Assembly: GCA_000708835.1 (NCBI GenBank)
Contig: DF237002.1
Span: 1 to 64,000, forward strand
Direction of reading: 5' to 3'
Source of the DNA: Klebsormidium nitens
Taxonomy: Eukaryota; Plantae; Klebsormidiophyceae
Length of the DNA: 64,000 nucleotides
The position numbers and the translations under genes were made by a program. The notes under the pieces are model-generated. The model did not search any database. It was not told where the DNA came from and worked only from the letters and a program-made list of their open reading frames with translations. Below are positions 24,098-36,700 of the stretch, piece after piece (positions within the stretch are counted from its first letter, which is position 1; each line of letters starts with the position of its first letter).

Positions 24098-27000
24098 TTA
24101 AAAGGGCTGGCCCCCGGAGTAGCCCCCGCGGATGCGCCGCGCCAGCTGCATGTCCTTGGGCACTGCACGAGAGGGATGCCAAATGGAGGTTAGGATTGGA
24201 GTCGAAGAATGGGGCTAAGGATTGGGGCTGAAGAACGGGTCCTAAGATCGGGGTTGAAGGTCGGGGTTAACAATCGCAGTGAAAGATTGGGGTTAACGAT
24301 TCGGGGTTGAAGATTGGGATTGGAGTGAAGTGGTCGGGATCTTCTGAAATGGTCAGCCTCGGATTTAAAGCTACGAGTAAGGAGTTGACATTGTGGCAGA
24401 GCTGATGTTCCGACCAGACTGAGAGGCTGAGTTCGTATCTGATGGCTCAGAGTCAGCCACAGAACGGAGGAATAGATGATCGGTTGCACATTTCAGCGGA
24501 TCAAGTGCTTTCTCACAGATGTAGGGCAGAAAGCCTGCAATATAAGCCCAACCACAGGAAAATAAACTCCAGAACGACCGGAACTGATCATGGGCTGCCG
24601 AGTGGCCAGGACGCATGAGAAAGTGGTCCGTAGAGAGTGACATTGGATGACAGATAACCGGTTTGAATTCGGGCACGGAATCAGGGCCAGATATTTGTAA
24701 GCGCCGTGCCTCCAGATGCGGGAACACGGCAGGGTTGCACATCTTTGGAAGGCCTTTTGGAAACTCTTCCGGAGGCTCTGATTCCCAGAGAAGGGCTCAT
24801 TTTCATCCGCTATGACAGTCCAACCGACACTAAGGACTTGGGGAAGAGCGTGGAAGTTTAAACTCGTCAAGTGGTTGACATAAGAGGTTTCATTGGATGG
24901 TGTCGAGGAGACAAACGCCCGTCCGCTCTGACACTAAGTATTTCCGCGAAATGGTAGTTGGAAGGGGCGCACTGATGATGGTTTGCTTGGCGTGAAACGG
25001 GCATAGTAGAGTAGACACGGTTGCAAGAGACGTGTGCCCATTACTTGAAGATTCCTTGAGACTGAAGTAAGCAGCACAACAGTCACGTAAAGAGCAAGGC
25101 GGCACTCACTGATGGTGACCCGCTTGGCGTGGATCGCGCATAAGTTAGTGTCCTCGAACAAGTGCACCAGGAAGTCCTCCGTGGCCTGTGGAGAGAAGTA
25201 GCTTTGAGTTTGTAAGTTGAGCCCAAAAACGGTCTTGCTACTGGCGAATCCAGGCAGTCTTGTCTCACATGTGTTGGTGAGCAAGAGCCAAGACGACTGT
25301 CTCTCTAACAAGACGGCCGAGGTCTTTGAGCTTGTTAGCAAGGCAGACTCGAAACGGTACAATTCGAAGGGACGTGTACTGGACCAACGGCAAAGAGCGT
25401 ACAGAATAATGTACAGGAAAATGATGCCACAAGAACGCTAGTCTTGTTGGCATGAAAATGAAGGTTGCAGATGGTTTACCTCTTGCAGCGCCAGCAGGCC
25501 TTCCGCAGACCACCTGAAGTCCTCCTTGGTGAACTTGTTGCTGATTTCCCGGACCTGTGGGACACATCAAGCAACACAAATGATCACCAACTGCGTGTGC
25601 ACCAGTCATGCAATCCGGACACGCACAATTTTCCTTGAATGTGCATGATCAAAGATGGGGTAAAGCATGTATGGCAGCTCCCACAGTTAAGAGCTCCATT
25701 GCTCTTTTCAGCATTTGAAGCAATTTCTACCTTCGTCTGAGAACCAAATCCAGTACCCCACCGTACTGTACGAGTGTTGGATCTTGGACGGATATTTTGA
25801 TGAATTTTAGAACCAGCGAGCTGTTCTGAAATTCAGCCACCCTGAGCTTGCTCACCAGCCTCGCAAACGGCAACTTCCGAATCAGCAGGTCCGTAGACTT
25901 TTGGTACTTTCGGATCTCCCGGAGAGCTTGCGTTCCTGGCCTGAATCGGTAGGGCTTGGCGCCCCGGCCCCCTCCAGCGCCACCTCCGTCGCCCCCCCCG
26001 CCGCTGCCGCCGCCTCCTCGACCCCCTCTTCCGGCCCCTCGACCGGCGCCCCCCCCCGCTTGGGCACCCCCCCGACCACTAGGGCCCCCGACTGCCATAG
26101 GAGAAAGATGGTCGGACTAGGAATAAAATGGCCAAATTGAAGATGATGGAATGGAGGCCTCGAGTCAGACGAGAAGGGAGATTGGGAGGAATGGAGGCAG
26201 GTTAGTGGAGAAGGAGCAGTTGGTTTCTGCCTCTTGAAAAGCTCTTCGCTTTTGGTTGAGTGCACAGGAAGGGTATCTGGTTGTAATCTCCGCAGATCTT
26301 AGTGTTGAAAGATGCGTATGTGCTTTTCAATCGAGGTCAACAAGACAGCTAATGCCTGCATCTATTGAGGTCTCGCTGGGTAAAATGGGCAATCACAAGA
26401 TGTAGAAATTTGTACGAGCCTCAAACGACAAACACACAAAGCCACTTTCTTCAATACATACTTTGGGCTAGTCCAGGTCGGAGCAAGTGCACTTCTCCCC
26501 ACCCTCCCTGCATAGATTGCTTGCCTCAAAGAAAGATATGAAGGCAGTTGCTGAGATTTGTCATCTTCTGAACCTTTCAACAAGGCTGGCTCACCATATC
26601 AATTCTCTGGGCAGTTTCCAGCATCATTTGTGTTTCATCAGATACATTGGCAATCTAGAACATTCTGTGTCCAAGTGAGGAGCAGTAGGTATCATTATGG
26701 AGGTAAATTGCGGGATTGGGCTTTGATCATGGTAATCGAAGACCTTTCTGAAAGCTGTGAAAGCAGATTACCAGGCACAGTGGCTCCCAGCTTTCGACTC
26801 ACAGATGCTTCTCATGCAGTTTCAGAGAATTTGGCAAGAGCAGCACTCGGAAATGCAAAGAAACGCCAGAACAAGCAAGAAGGCCGTTCATTGATGCAAA
26901 ACGCATCTGCATTGATTGAGGTGCTTCACATTGCTTCTGTCTAGTACTTGCATTGTAAGGCATCTGCTTTGATCAATCAAAAGATCACTGCAATTATGCC

Positions 27001-27569
27001 CTCGACCCGTTGCATTTACAGAAGCATGGCGTTGCATTACCGATACATCTTGCAATAGCAGGACATCAAGAAGCATCCTGCAAGCCAACTCCGCCTTTGA
27101 ACATGCCCAGAAAGCACCCACTCCCTACTTAGCTCCAATGAATGCCATCGCTCCAAAAACAAGTGGTGAAATCCGTCAACCAATGAAACAAAGCAGAAAC
27201 ACTTTAGCGAGAATCTCATGTCCACAGCCCACAAGGAGGTAACCAGTCCCAAATGATTTTTCTCCTACTCTTGCTTGCTCCCACATCAGCGGAAATCCCA
27301 AATCCAAGCCCCAATGAGCATCAGTCCCCAACTGATTTTCTCCTCTTCTCTCTTGCTCCCACATCAGCAAAACATTTATTTTCACAGCCCACAATCAGGT
27401 CAACAGCCCAAGAAAGACAATTAGTCCTACCTGATTTTCTCCTGTTGTTGCTCGTATCCACAGTAGCTGCTGCAGCCACTGCCCCCGCCGCTGCTCCTGC
27501 GGCCGCCCCCGCCAACACCGCGGCCCCAGGCCTCGGGCGCCCTGCCGCGGTCTGCTTTTTCCGTGCCAT
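24098..27569 (-). CDS. CENH3: Centromeric histone H3 variant, 5 exons, 196 aa
   Basis: Exons 27569-27431, 26091-25856, 25554-25480, 25185-25110, 24162-24098. Histone fold [96 protein letters not shown]. It shows CENH3 hallmarks: H3 Q68 to A, F84 to W, loop 1 one residue longer, divergent long N-tail. Confidence 0.95.
24190..24330 (+). repeat. Degenerate minisatellite (GGGGTT-RAAGATT-like units) in last CENH3 intron
   Basis: Repeated gattggggct/gatcggggtt/gattggggtt/gattcggggtt cores at roughly 12-25 bp spacing. Confidence 0.6.
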
Positions 27570-28305
27570 TTGAATTTGGCTGGCTGGGTGATCAGCAGTG
27601 GGCCCCAGCCATAAGATGTTGGGTTTGATATGGGCTGGCAAAGGGATGGATTGGTGGTAGCTGTGTTGATAAAATGAATTGTTTCCGTGATTTGCAGTGC
27701 AGAACGTGGAGGGGCGCTGGCCACAGTCGGGGAGTTGCCCGGCTTGCAGCGTCAAGCGAGCGGGAATTACCGCCTCTAATTTGTTTGGAAGTCTACAAAG
27801 GGGAGCTTATGTCTGAAAAAGCAATTTGGCTGAGGCGCATCTCCAGTGGCAATGAGGCAAAGATCAGATTTGAAGGCCAAACTAGCTTGGTCGCAAGAGG
27901 TGGACCATCAATCGATTGAGATGTTGACTGCCCAGCGCTCGCTATAAGCGGACAATGCGCTCCTCTTCTGGTTGTTCAAGGCCTTTGAGCTGGATGTTGT
28001 CGAGTGCAAGCAATGCAGGAGATGATGGAGGTGTAGACTTGACGCCTTTGGAAACAATCTGCAGCTTCAAATGCATCAATGCGTTCCAAATCCAGCTGCG
28101 CAGCGAATGAATGATCGACAGGCGTTAAAGCGGGGCAGCAGGGAGCCTGGGAGGAGCAGGCTGCATTGGTCCTGCTTCAGACGTCCAAAGATGATTCTGG
28201 GGGGTAAATCCGGAATTACACACTGTTTATCCTGTGTAGTTGGGGACACCAATGTCACTGCATCGAAGGGTTCGAGAAACGGGATGCTCACACTGAGCCG
28301 TCCGA

Positions 28306-28319
28306 TTTGGCGCGCCAAG
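28306..28319. promoter_or_regulatory. Palindromic E2F-type site upstream of CENH3
   Basis: TTTGGCGCGCCAAG contains the TTTSSCGC consensus and the 12-bp palindrome TTGGCGCGCCAA, about 740 bp upstream of the CENH3 ATG. TTCGCGCC occurs about 20 bp further on. Confidence 0.45.
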
Positions 28320-29792
28320 GGGTTCAAGCCGATGCCAATTCGCGCCACCTTTTGCCATGCCACCTGGCATTTTGGACAGATCGGACGTAGTACAGAACAA
28401 GGCGTCCAACGTCCGAAGAAGCGAGCCTGCCCGCGCGTCGGCGTTCTGGTCAAAGCCGTCGTCCGATCAGCTTGTGGCAGTGCAAACTTTTTCCAGTTCC
28501 ATTTCTGCAAGTTTAACTTTGAAGTTCCCATTATTCTTCTCCTTGTCAGGCGTCTTCTCTTTCTACTTCTAGACTTTCGAAGCTCGATCCCTCTAGAGTG
28601 TGGATAAACTTTTCAAGGGTGCCCATGACAGGCTGAGGTGCATTCTAAAAGCCCAAGACCAGAAGTCTCGAATCAAGGTTCCGCACAAAGTGAGTTCAAG
28701 GTTGCCCGGATTTATGCCAGCGCAGCTCCACCGCCTCTGCATTATGTCGCAACTTCCACAAATCTTGTGAAGACCTGCTGCAGAACGATCCAATGGGGTG
28801 ATTTGAGAGCCAATAGGAATAGGCAATTTCGTGCTAGACCAATGCAGGTCTGAAGACCACAGCGACTCTGTACAGAAGAAAGAAAGCCCCTTGGCGAGCG
28901 GGGTTGAACATTCTTTTAGTTGCTGTGGACAGTCTGCTGGGGAACTGGTTAACCTGGTTGAAAGATCTGTTGGCTGACTGCATCGGAGTGCCCTTCTGAA
29001 AGATATGCGGTTGTGAGGTCGAGAACATAGCCAGGCAAGTCCTCGATTCCTTCAACATTGAGAAAGGTGGTATGACAATTTAGGTTATCAATTGGTAAAT
29101 GGTGGCAGACAAGTAAAGTTTTTCAGAATGCGTTAGTTATCGGCGTCCCAAAGCTTCCTTGCTAGCCAGGGAGTATCGCCTCTGTTGAAGCAAAACACCT
29201 CTTGCATTCTATCGTCTCTTCTTGAAGAAGGTGCTCCTTTTGAGAAGCTATGAACTCCAACTAGGTATCACATTCCAGAAAGTTGGGGTTCTGGGGGTTC
29301 GCCGAGTCTCTTAAGCAAGCAATGTCCACAACTTCTCAGAAATCTGATCAGTGCAGCTGTCTTGCTTTAGAAGACGACTTACGGGCCATTCTTATCAGTG
29401 TTAGAGTCCTTTAGGGGGATGATGATGGCACAAGCCACTTCTGTCGGCTTTTGCACACTTCAGAGTGGAAGCTTCCCAGAAAAGTTATCTCAGTCCTCAT
29501 GTGGCATGGTTTTTGTCTTGGACCTTCCCATTGTGATTCACTTGGACAGAGAGGACAAAGAGCCCCTTTGAACAACTTTTCAGAACGCTGTCCTATGCTA
29601 TGTAATCTGCCCACTCCCCTTCTTCGCAGATTCACTCAAACCTCAATAAGGCTTCAAAGAGGCAGAACAATCACAATCCTTCCTGCAGGCCTTCTATCTC
29701 ACTTTCACCTTCTAACGCTCAAGAAACCATATGTTCGCAACAATAACAAAATCGCAGATTTCGAATCTGCATCAGTTTTCGAGCAAGCAAGC

Positions 29793-30160
29793 GGACCTGC
29801 AAGTTCGTTTGGGCACAGCCGCCGCCATGGAAGTCAATTGAGTTCCTTTGCGCCTGGCGGGACTCCCCCTGCTTATCCTCCTGGAGGATCTCTTATAACT
29901 GATTCTGCATTCTTTCTCCGGCAGGCCTGCAGGTTGCAGCACAACGGCCGCCACGGAATCCAATATTTGCTTGCGCTACTTGGGAAAGTCTCTCTGCTTA
30001 TCGCCCTGCTGGGGGACCTCTTATAAATTGATGCTTCAATCATTTTCGTCGCAGGCCTGCAACTTTGTACCACAGCGGCCGCCATGGAGCCCCGATACTT
30101 TCTGGTGCGCCTGGCGGCGTTCGCCCTGCTTATCCTGCTTCTGGGGGACCTCTTATACAT
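29793..30160 (+). repeat. Three tandem copies (about 126-131 bp) of acceptor + Kozak/ATG + signal-anchor cassette
   Basis: gccgccATGG (29827), gccgccACGG (29953), gccgccATGG (30084), each followed by ...CTGCTTATC...GGGGACCTCTTATA-like sequence. Confidence 0.9.
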
Positions 30161-32819
30161 GCACAGCCTGCCTCAGAACAACTCTAGCATCGGCAGCATG
30201 CTCCCCGTCATGAACATCCTCAACTGCGGGGAGCGCTCCGAGGGGGGGTCGAAAGATGCCCTGCCAGAACCCCCCGTTAACAATACGAGCACGGCGTTGG
30301 TGCCTGCGGTCGAAGAGGTCGTCCCGATCATGTTCCTGGCGACGGAGCTGAGTCCCTTCGTGATCGTCTGCCTCAAAACCGCGCGGAAGTACAACCCGGA
30401 GGTGCCGATTTACATGGTGACGTCAGAGCACAGCGTGAAGCCGGACGGCCCGATGATCGACCTGCTCGGCATCCCGAACGTGCACGTCAAGGTCATCGAG
30501 CGGTATCTAGGCGCGGGGACCGATTCCGCGCTGTTCCACGAGCGGTACATCCACCAGAGCGTGACAGCTGTCCCGTTCGAGCGCTTCTGCTTCCAGCGGT
30601 TCATGGTGCTGCGGGACATCGCGAACGAGGAGGGCGTGCAGCGGTTCTTGCACATGGACTACGACATTGCGCTGTTTACGGACGCGCGGACGTTCAGTCA
30701 GTTTGACGCGGACCTGGTGGCGCTCAACACGCACTCCACATTCTTCTCGCTGTGGAAGATGCCGCTGCTGCAGGTGAACCAGCGGACGGACAACGGATTT
30801 GTTTTTCCTCTTGCGCTTATGTCCTTGAGAGGTCCCTGGTTCCCTATTTTGGGACATATGCGATTCGTCTTGCAAAACCGTCACGTTGTTGGAAATTTCC
30901 ACTATTTCCGTGTTTTGTTTGATACTTGCCGTTTGTGCTTTGAGAAGGCCGTCAGTCGTCTGAGGATCTACTGTAGCGTCTTGCCGCTCACTTAAAGAAG
31001 GCGCAGCCCCCTTGGTACCAATTACCTTACTCCCCATGCCCTGTTGCTGTTACCTTACTCCCCGTGCCCTGTTGCTGCGTCTCGCTGTCTTCCACAACTT
31101 CGCGTCTATACTACTTCTTGAGTTTCAACTAAACAGTCCCCTCCTGCTCGAAGATGGGGCTTATCCGATCAGACTGGGCTTGCAGCGCATTCTCATTCCA
31201 ACTTTTTGGAGGCATGAGCCCTCCGATGCTGCTGTTGCAGTTACTTGCTGCTTCGAGCACTCTTGCTCCTCTTCTGTCAAAGTGTGGGTTCGCCTCACCG
31301 AAACCTAAAGGTGGTCGTCCACTGAACAAGCTCTTTGACAACTTCCAGTCCCCTCTGCTCATGCACACGCCTTGTTGCATCTTTCTACTTTCATGGACGC
31401 CCGGTCTCGCTTGTCCAAGTGCAATTTCGAGACTTTCCAGATAGAGGTCACAACAGCGGATCTCATCAACCGGCCGTTCGTGAAATTAGACCGATCTTGT
31501 CAAGTAAATGCCAATTTCCTACAGCCAGGCGGATATGCAGTCAACCTGTTGAACGACTCATGTGCGGCAGACATGGGTGGCGGCAAGCGTGTGCCTTTTG
31601 TGTGTGTTTTGACGCTGGTTTTGTCGCTGAATTCGTTCAAGTCTTCTCTTGTGCGGGGATGCTGTATAGAATTCTATGCACAGCCTTATGCCTTGTTGTC
31701 CAACTCAAGTCCACGATTTTCTGTCAAAAGGACGCGTCTGATTCAGCGCAGCACTTCTGCTACTTCATGCCAGGGACATGCGGCCGAGCTCCCACTTCAT
31801 CGTCAGGATTACACGTGCCTTTTCAGTGTCAATACTACACGTACTTACGCTTTCCCCCCCTGCCGTGCAGCGCTTCTGCGACTACATGCTCGAGTTCTAC
31901 GTGCGGCCGCAGGCGGAGATTGCGTCAGACTGGGACCAGTACGGGGAGCACCTCAAGGGGGAGCAATTCAACGGGACGTTCATCCAGTTCAGCGACATGT
32001 TCATGCTCTACTCCTTCCTGGACAAGCACAAGGACTCCGTCACCACCAAGTTCCTCGTCTTCGACCAGGGCGACTTCACACCCGACTATCTCCAGGTGCG
32101 CAGACCGATGTTAATTTTCTCGTTCGGAGAATAGCAGTATAGAGCTTGAGGAGCAGTTTGCGTCGGGAATGGGTAAAGGTGACGGTAACTTATTGCAGCG
32201 ACGATGAGGTCGCGGTTTGAGACGCCTGCTGCTTCGAAGAAGTCTTAAAAGCGAGTGCCAGTTTGCAGACGCTTTTACTTCTACTTTCTTTCGCTTTCTC
32301 TCAGATCCCGTCCGGTCTGAGAGAAAGCCGCATGGGGTTCATGGCCACAAACATGAACGAAGACAACGATTCGTTGAAGCATGTTTCGGTCGAAGATTGG
32401 TTCCAAGTCAACCCTGATTCACAAAGTTGTGTCCCCTCTTTCTCGGCGACCGAACATGTGTATGACCAAAAGCAGGCTCTTCGAGAATCTGAGATACAAT
32501 TGGATGTTGAGCAATTTTACAGCTGTCATTGCCGATTACTGTAGAATGCAGATTGGCTCCAAACAACCGCTGAACTCTTTTGCAGTACTGGGCAATGGTT
32601 AACCTGCAAAACTTTATTGGCTGGGACTGCTTGCAAGACGACTTCAACAAGTACGTCAAGTGGGATCGAAACGAACGGGGAATGCTCGTCCCAATCGCCA
32701 ATGGGACCATGTTACAAGGCATCCACTGGCAAGGGTTCATGTGCAAACAGATAGCGCCACTAATAATGGGCCCCATTTTGGAGGACGAGGGACAGGCAAA
32801 GCGCCTTCGATATCTTTAA
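30084..32819 (+). CDS. Type II membrane glycosyltransferase-like protein (GT-A, DxD), about 416 aa
   Basis: Exons 30084-30773, 31871-32095, 32305-about 32406 (donor weak), 32586-32819. N-terminal signal anchor, HQSVTAVPFERFCFQRFMVL, FLHMDYDIALF (DxD), C-terminal GIHWQGFMCK. Confidence 0.75.
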
Positions 32820-33729
32820 AATCCGTTTGAAAAGTAGACTAAGGGTGTCACGTGTTTGACAAAAGTAAAAGTGTTCTGGGTGACGTTGTTGACCGTAGTC
32901 ATAGCAGGTAGATTGAACGGCAGTCTTCAGACGAAGGATGCCGTTAAGGTCTTCAGTAGGATGACCGCTTGTTCTGAGACTGGATTTTTGACGGGACAAG
33001 GTAGTCCGTTACAGAAGCCGAATTTGGACACTGTAAATTAGCTCTTGCTTCACAAGGAAACATACTCCTCTCAGTCTGAGAGTTCAGATCGCCCTGATCC
33101 GCGAACGCGGTTCCTTGGTCCGGCCTGGCTGGTCACTGTCCCCTGCTAAGTTGGTCACGGGTCCTCTTTGTCCCGTCACGGTGCCAGTGACAATCACATA
33201 GCTCGCACCGCGTCACTTTCTTTCTTTGAGTCATGGAAGAATGGTTCTTATCTCACGATAGGCGCAGCATCCTTGATGCATGATCGTTAGGTATGCAAGC
33301 GATTGGATCAGAATGTAGTAAGCGTCTCCGCTTTACCTCTTCCATTCTGCATGCGTAACTTCGAAAGCCAACCTTCTACCTTGCAAGCTGTGCAGGCTAC
33401 CTATTATAAGACCTTACTTATTGTGTGCTCATGCAATTCTGCTGGCATGCGGCCCCGGCCCGGTCGCGGCCGCGTCACAGTGTCGGACGTGATCGGCCGC
33501 GCATGGCTCTAAGGGTTTGGCCCTCTCCGTAATTGCCTATCAACCGTCAGATGCACCGTCCAGGCATCATCAAGGGTCCGTGCCAGAGCAATCCAAGCAT
33601 GCGCGCATCTGCTCGCGCGCCAGGCTACGTGTCCCTGAGGAAAAGCATGACTTTCCTTCAATTCCAATCAATTGCTGTCCAGAGTTTTCCATCTGCTTTT
33701 GTCGGATGATCAGCGTCTTCTGATTGGAC

Positions 33730-36700
33730 ATGGCTGCCTCCAGCTGGTGCTGCACGCTGCCTGCCGCGAGCGTGCAAACATACAGTTTGCGTCGATCACT
33801 TGCAGATTGCGGCGCACCTTCAGCATCTTGCGCCGGATCTTCTTCTGCTCTGTTTCTTCGTTCCTTCAGCAACAAACGCTCGGAGTATTTTGGCGGCCAA
33901 GTTTTAAAAAAGTCCGTTTCTGCCGGTGTCAGCAGTGCTGCAAAGCAAGCGTGCAGAAAACCAGTGCGGCTCGTTGCTCAAGCGGTGACTGATAGGACCA
34001 GTTCTGAGGTGGCAGAGAAGAAAGGTGAACATCAGTCTGCGTTCCTTCTTTTTCAAAGGATGGAAAGCATCGTGATTTAACTTTCTGATGTCCTGCATGA
34101 AAGTCTGGTGTTAAGAACCATCTTTGCAAGCGAAACAAATAAGTTGTTTCTTTCTGCTTGCATGTGCTTCAGGTTAGTGGTTGTTGCCCAGGTTGCAATA
34201 TCAACGAACGTGTGTGAAAATAGGCTTACTGTGCCTGAGATTGTTGGCTAGGAGACACATAGAACAATGAAAGTCTTCCTCAATTTCCGAGAGGGCGGTA
34301 TCCTGTTTAGCCGACGTCTAGTTTTCTTAGATAAAATTACTGGCGATGCACCAGGGTCCACTTTCTTCTGCTTTCATTAAATCAGCGACGATAAACACTT
34401 TAAGATCACATTTACGTGGAGACATCAAACATCAAATCGTTGAGGTCCACTATTTTTGCTTGTATCTTTCCAGCGCAAAACTTACTACCACCAAAGGGGC
34501 CCCACGACATTGACCCCTTAAGAAGGAAGTAGCGTTCTGCAGAAAAGAGCAGGCGATTCTTTGAGCAATGCTGTCCCTCGCCGATTCGGCTTGCCAACTT
34601 CATCTCTTGAATCACAGTATTTCAATGAACTCTATAGAACTTTTCTTGGTGGTGCTGGCATTAATGCAGACCTCGCCGACCGAGTTAGCCGATGTTCGCT
34701 TGTGACTGGGGCCCTTTTTACTTGCATCCCAGTTGCTTTCTTCCAAAGTCCCTCTTCACCAAAATCATCCCCGCACCAGTCATTCCACCCTCTCAGATGA
34801 CACCAGTATCTTGTCCCTAGGTGTATTTGGGGGCTTCTTTGACTGGCTGAAGAACCTCGGGACTGGCGGCGCCCCTGCTTCTGAGACTGCGTCCACGCAA
34901 GACGACATGTTCACCCCCAAAGCCTCCATCCTAGTTGTGGGGGCCACTGGCAAACTGGGGCGCCTCCTAGTTAAGGAGCTCTTAGATAGGAGCTATGAGG
35001 TGATCGCATTGGTGGCGAGCGAAGAAAGAGCAGAGGAGGTAAGTGAGTTTTGCAGATTTAGATCTTGGCGTTTGGGCTGAACTAGTTTAAGATTCATGGC
35101 CTGTTTTGAAGTTGGACTTGGAAGCGTTGGGGTGCACCTTGACAGGGGCTGATTCACGAGGATTTTGGAAGTATGGTAGTTGTGGCTCTTTTCTCGTATC
35201 GCATCAGAGGAGGTGATGAGGATTGAGGAGATTTATCAAGGCTTTGAAATCCTTAGCTTGGTATCAGAACCGCATTCAAAAGCAGCGTGATAATGTTTGT
35301 CACGAAGCTTGGCGATGATGCATCAGGGATACATGGGGACCTTTGTAGTCTTGGTCTGGGCCTCCTTTCTTTTCTTGGAGATGAGCCCAGTACAGTCAGC
35401 TTCGTTTAGCAACTCTAGGACCAAAGCACCGCTGAAGTTCGATCTTCAGCCTGGATTCATTGTTGGATACACTCAGGCCTTTGGCTAGGCTCCCCCTTTC
35501 CTTCTGCTCCGAACTTCTCAGAAGTATGGACTGCAAGAGAGGGTCTTCTCGCGGCTATTCTCTCTCACAATCACCATCTTATGCAATACTATACTGCTTG
35601 CCGTTGTGACTTTCAGACCATGAAGCTCTCTGGCTGGTTGATGATTCGATGGGTACTGCGAAATGCAGGAGGACTCTACTCAACGAGTATAAGTCTCACG
35701 TTCATGTTGAACAGGCCTATGTTGAATCTGATCAGTTCGTCGGGCTCAAACAGACCAAAAACCTCTTCCCAAAGTATCCATGCTCCTTATCCGTACCCAC
35801 CCTCAACCCTCGAACCAACCCCACCCGTTGCCCGGGCGTGACGTAATTCAAAACGTAAGTGAATTTACTTTAATAAGTTTCATTTCTCTCTACGCCTGTG
35901 CTTGCAGGTGTTTGTAAAGGAGGGCGGTATGACAATGGGGCGCTCTGGGAACGGGCTCCTGACTGCCAAAGTTGGAACCTTGGACGATGTTGAGTCCTTG
36001 AAGGAAACCCTGAAGGGAGTGGATGCGGTGGTGTCGGCGGCAGGCTCCAGACGAGGCGGTTCCGAGGTATGTTGAGAAGTCATGGGTAATGAGACAAAGC
36101 TTATGTCAGCATTCAAGAGGTTTCTTCTTAACTTTCCGCGCATTTTGAGGGGAGCGTAGCGGCAAGATACGTTTTCGCCATCGAAGAAAAAGCCCGTCAA
36201 GTCTGGAAGGCAAGTTGCCCTTAATCCTCTAAACGCTTTCTCGTTGAGGACCTGTGTTGCATCTAAGAAGAAGCTCAAGAATGAAAGGCATAAAATCGAG
36301 GGTTGTGACACAGCGAAAGTGGACGGGAAAGACTCGAGAAGTGGAAGAGAATAGGGGGGAGATGCATGCGTGACCAGGCAAAAGCGACTGCGAAAGTGGA
36401 AAAGGGGGACCGTTGCTGAAGGCGAGAAATATAAAAATCTTGCATCCTTGCAGGAGGAGCTGACACGTGGCCTGGCCCAGTTGATGCGGACGTTTGCTGA
36501 CCTGTCCGAGGGCCGGGAGGCGCAGCTGCGCGAGCAGGCCATCTTCGACTTCAGGGGGGCTCCCGCAGGGGATAACGGCGCCCCCCAGAACGGGGCCGCC
36601 CTTGAGGACTGGACCCGCCTGGATGACGTCATCATGGGCGGGATTTCAGACAGCAGCTTCAAGCAGGAGGGCGGTGAGGTGGAGGCTCTGTTTGTTTCCT

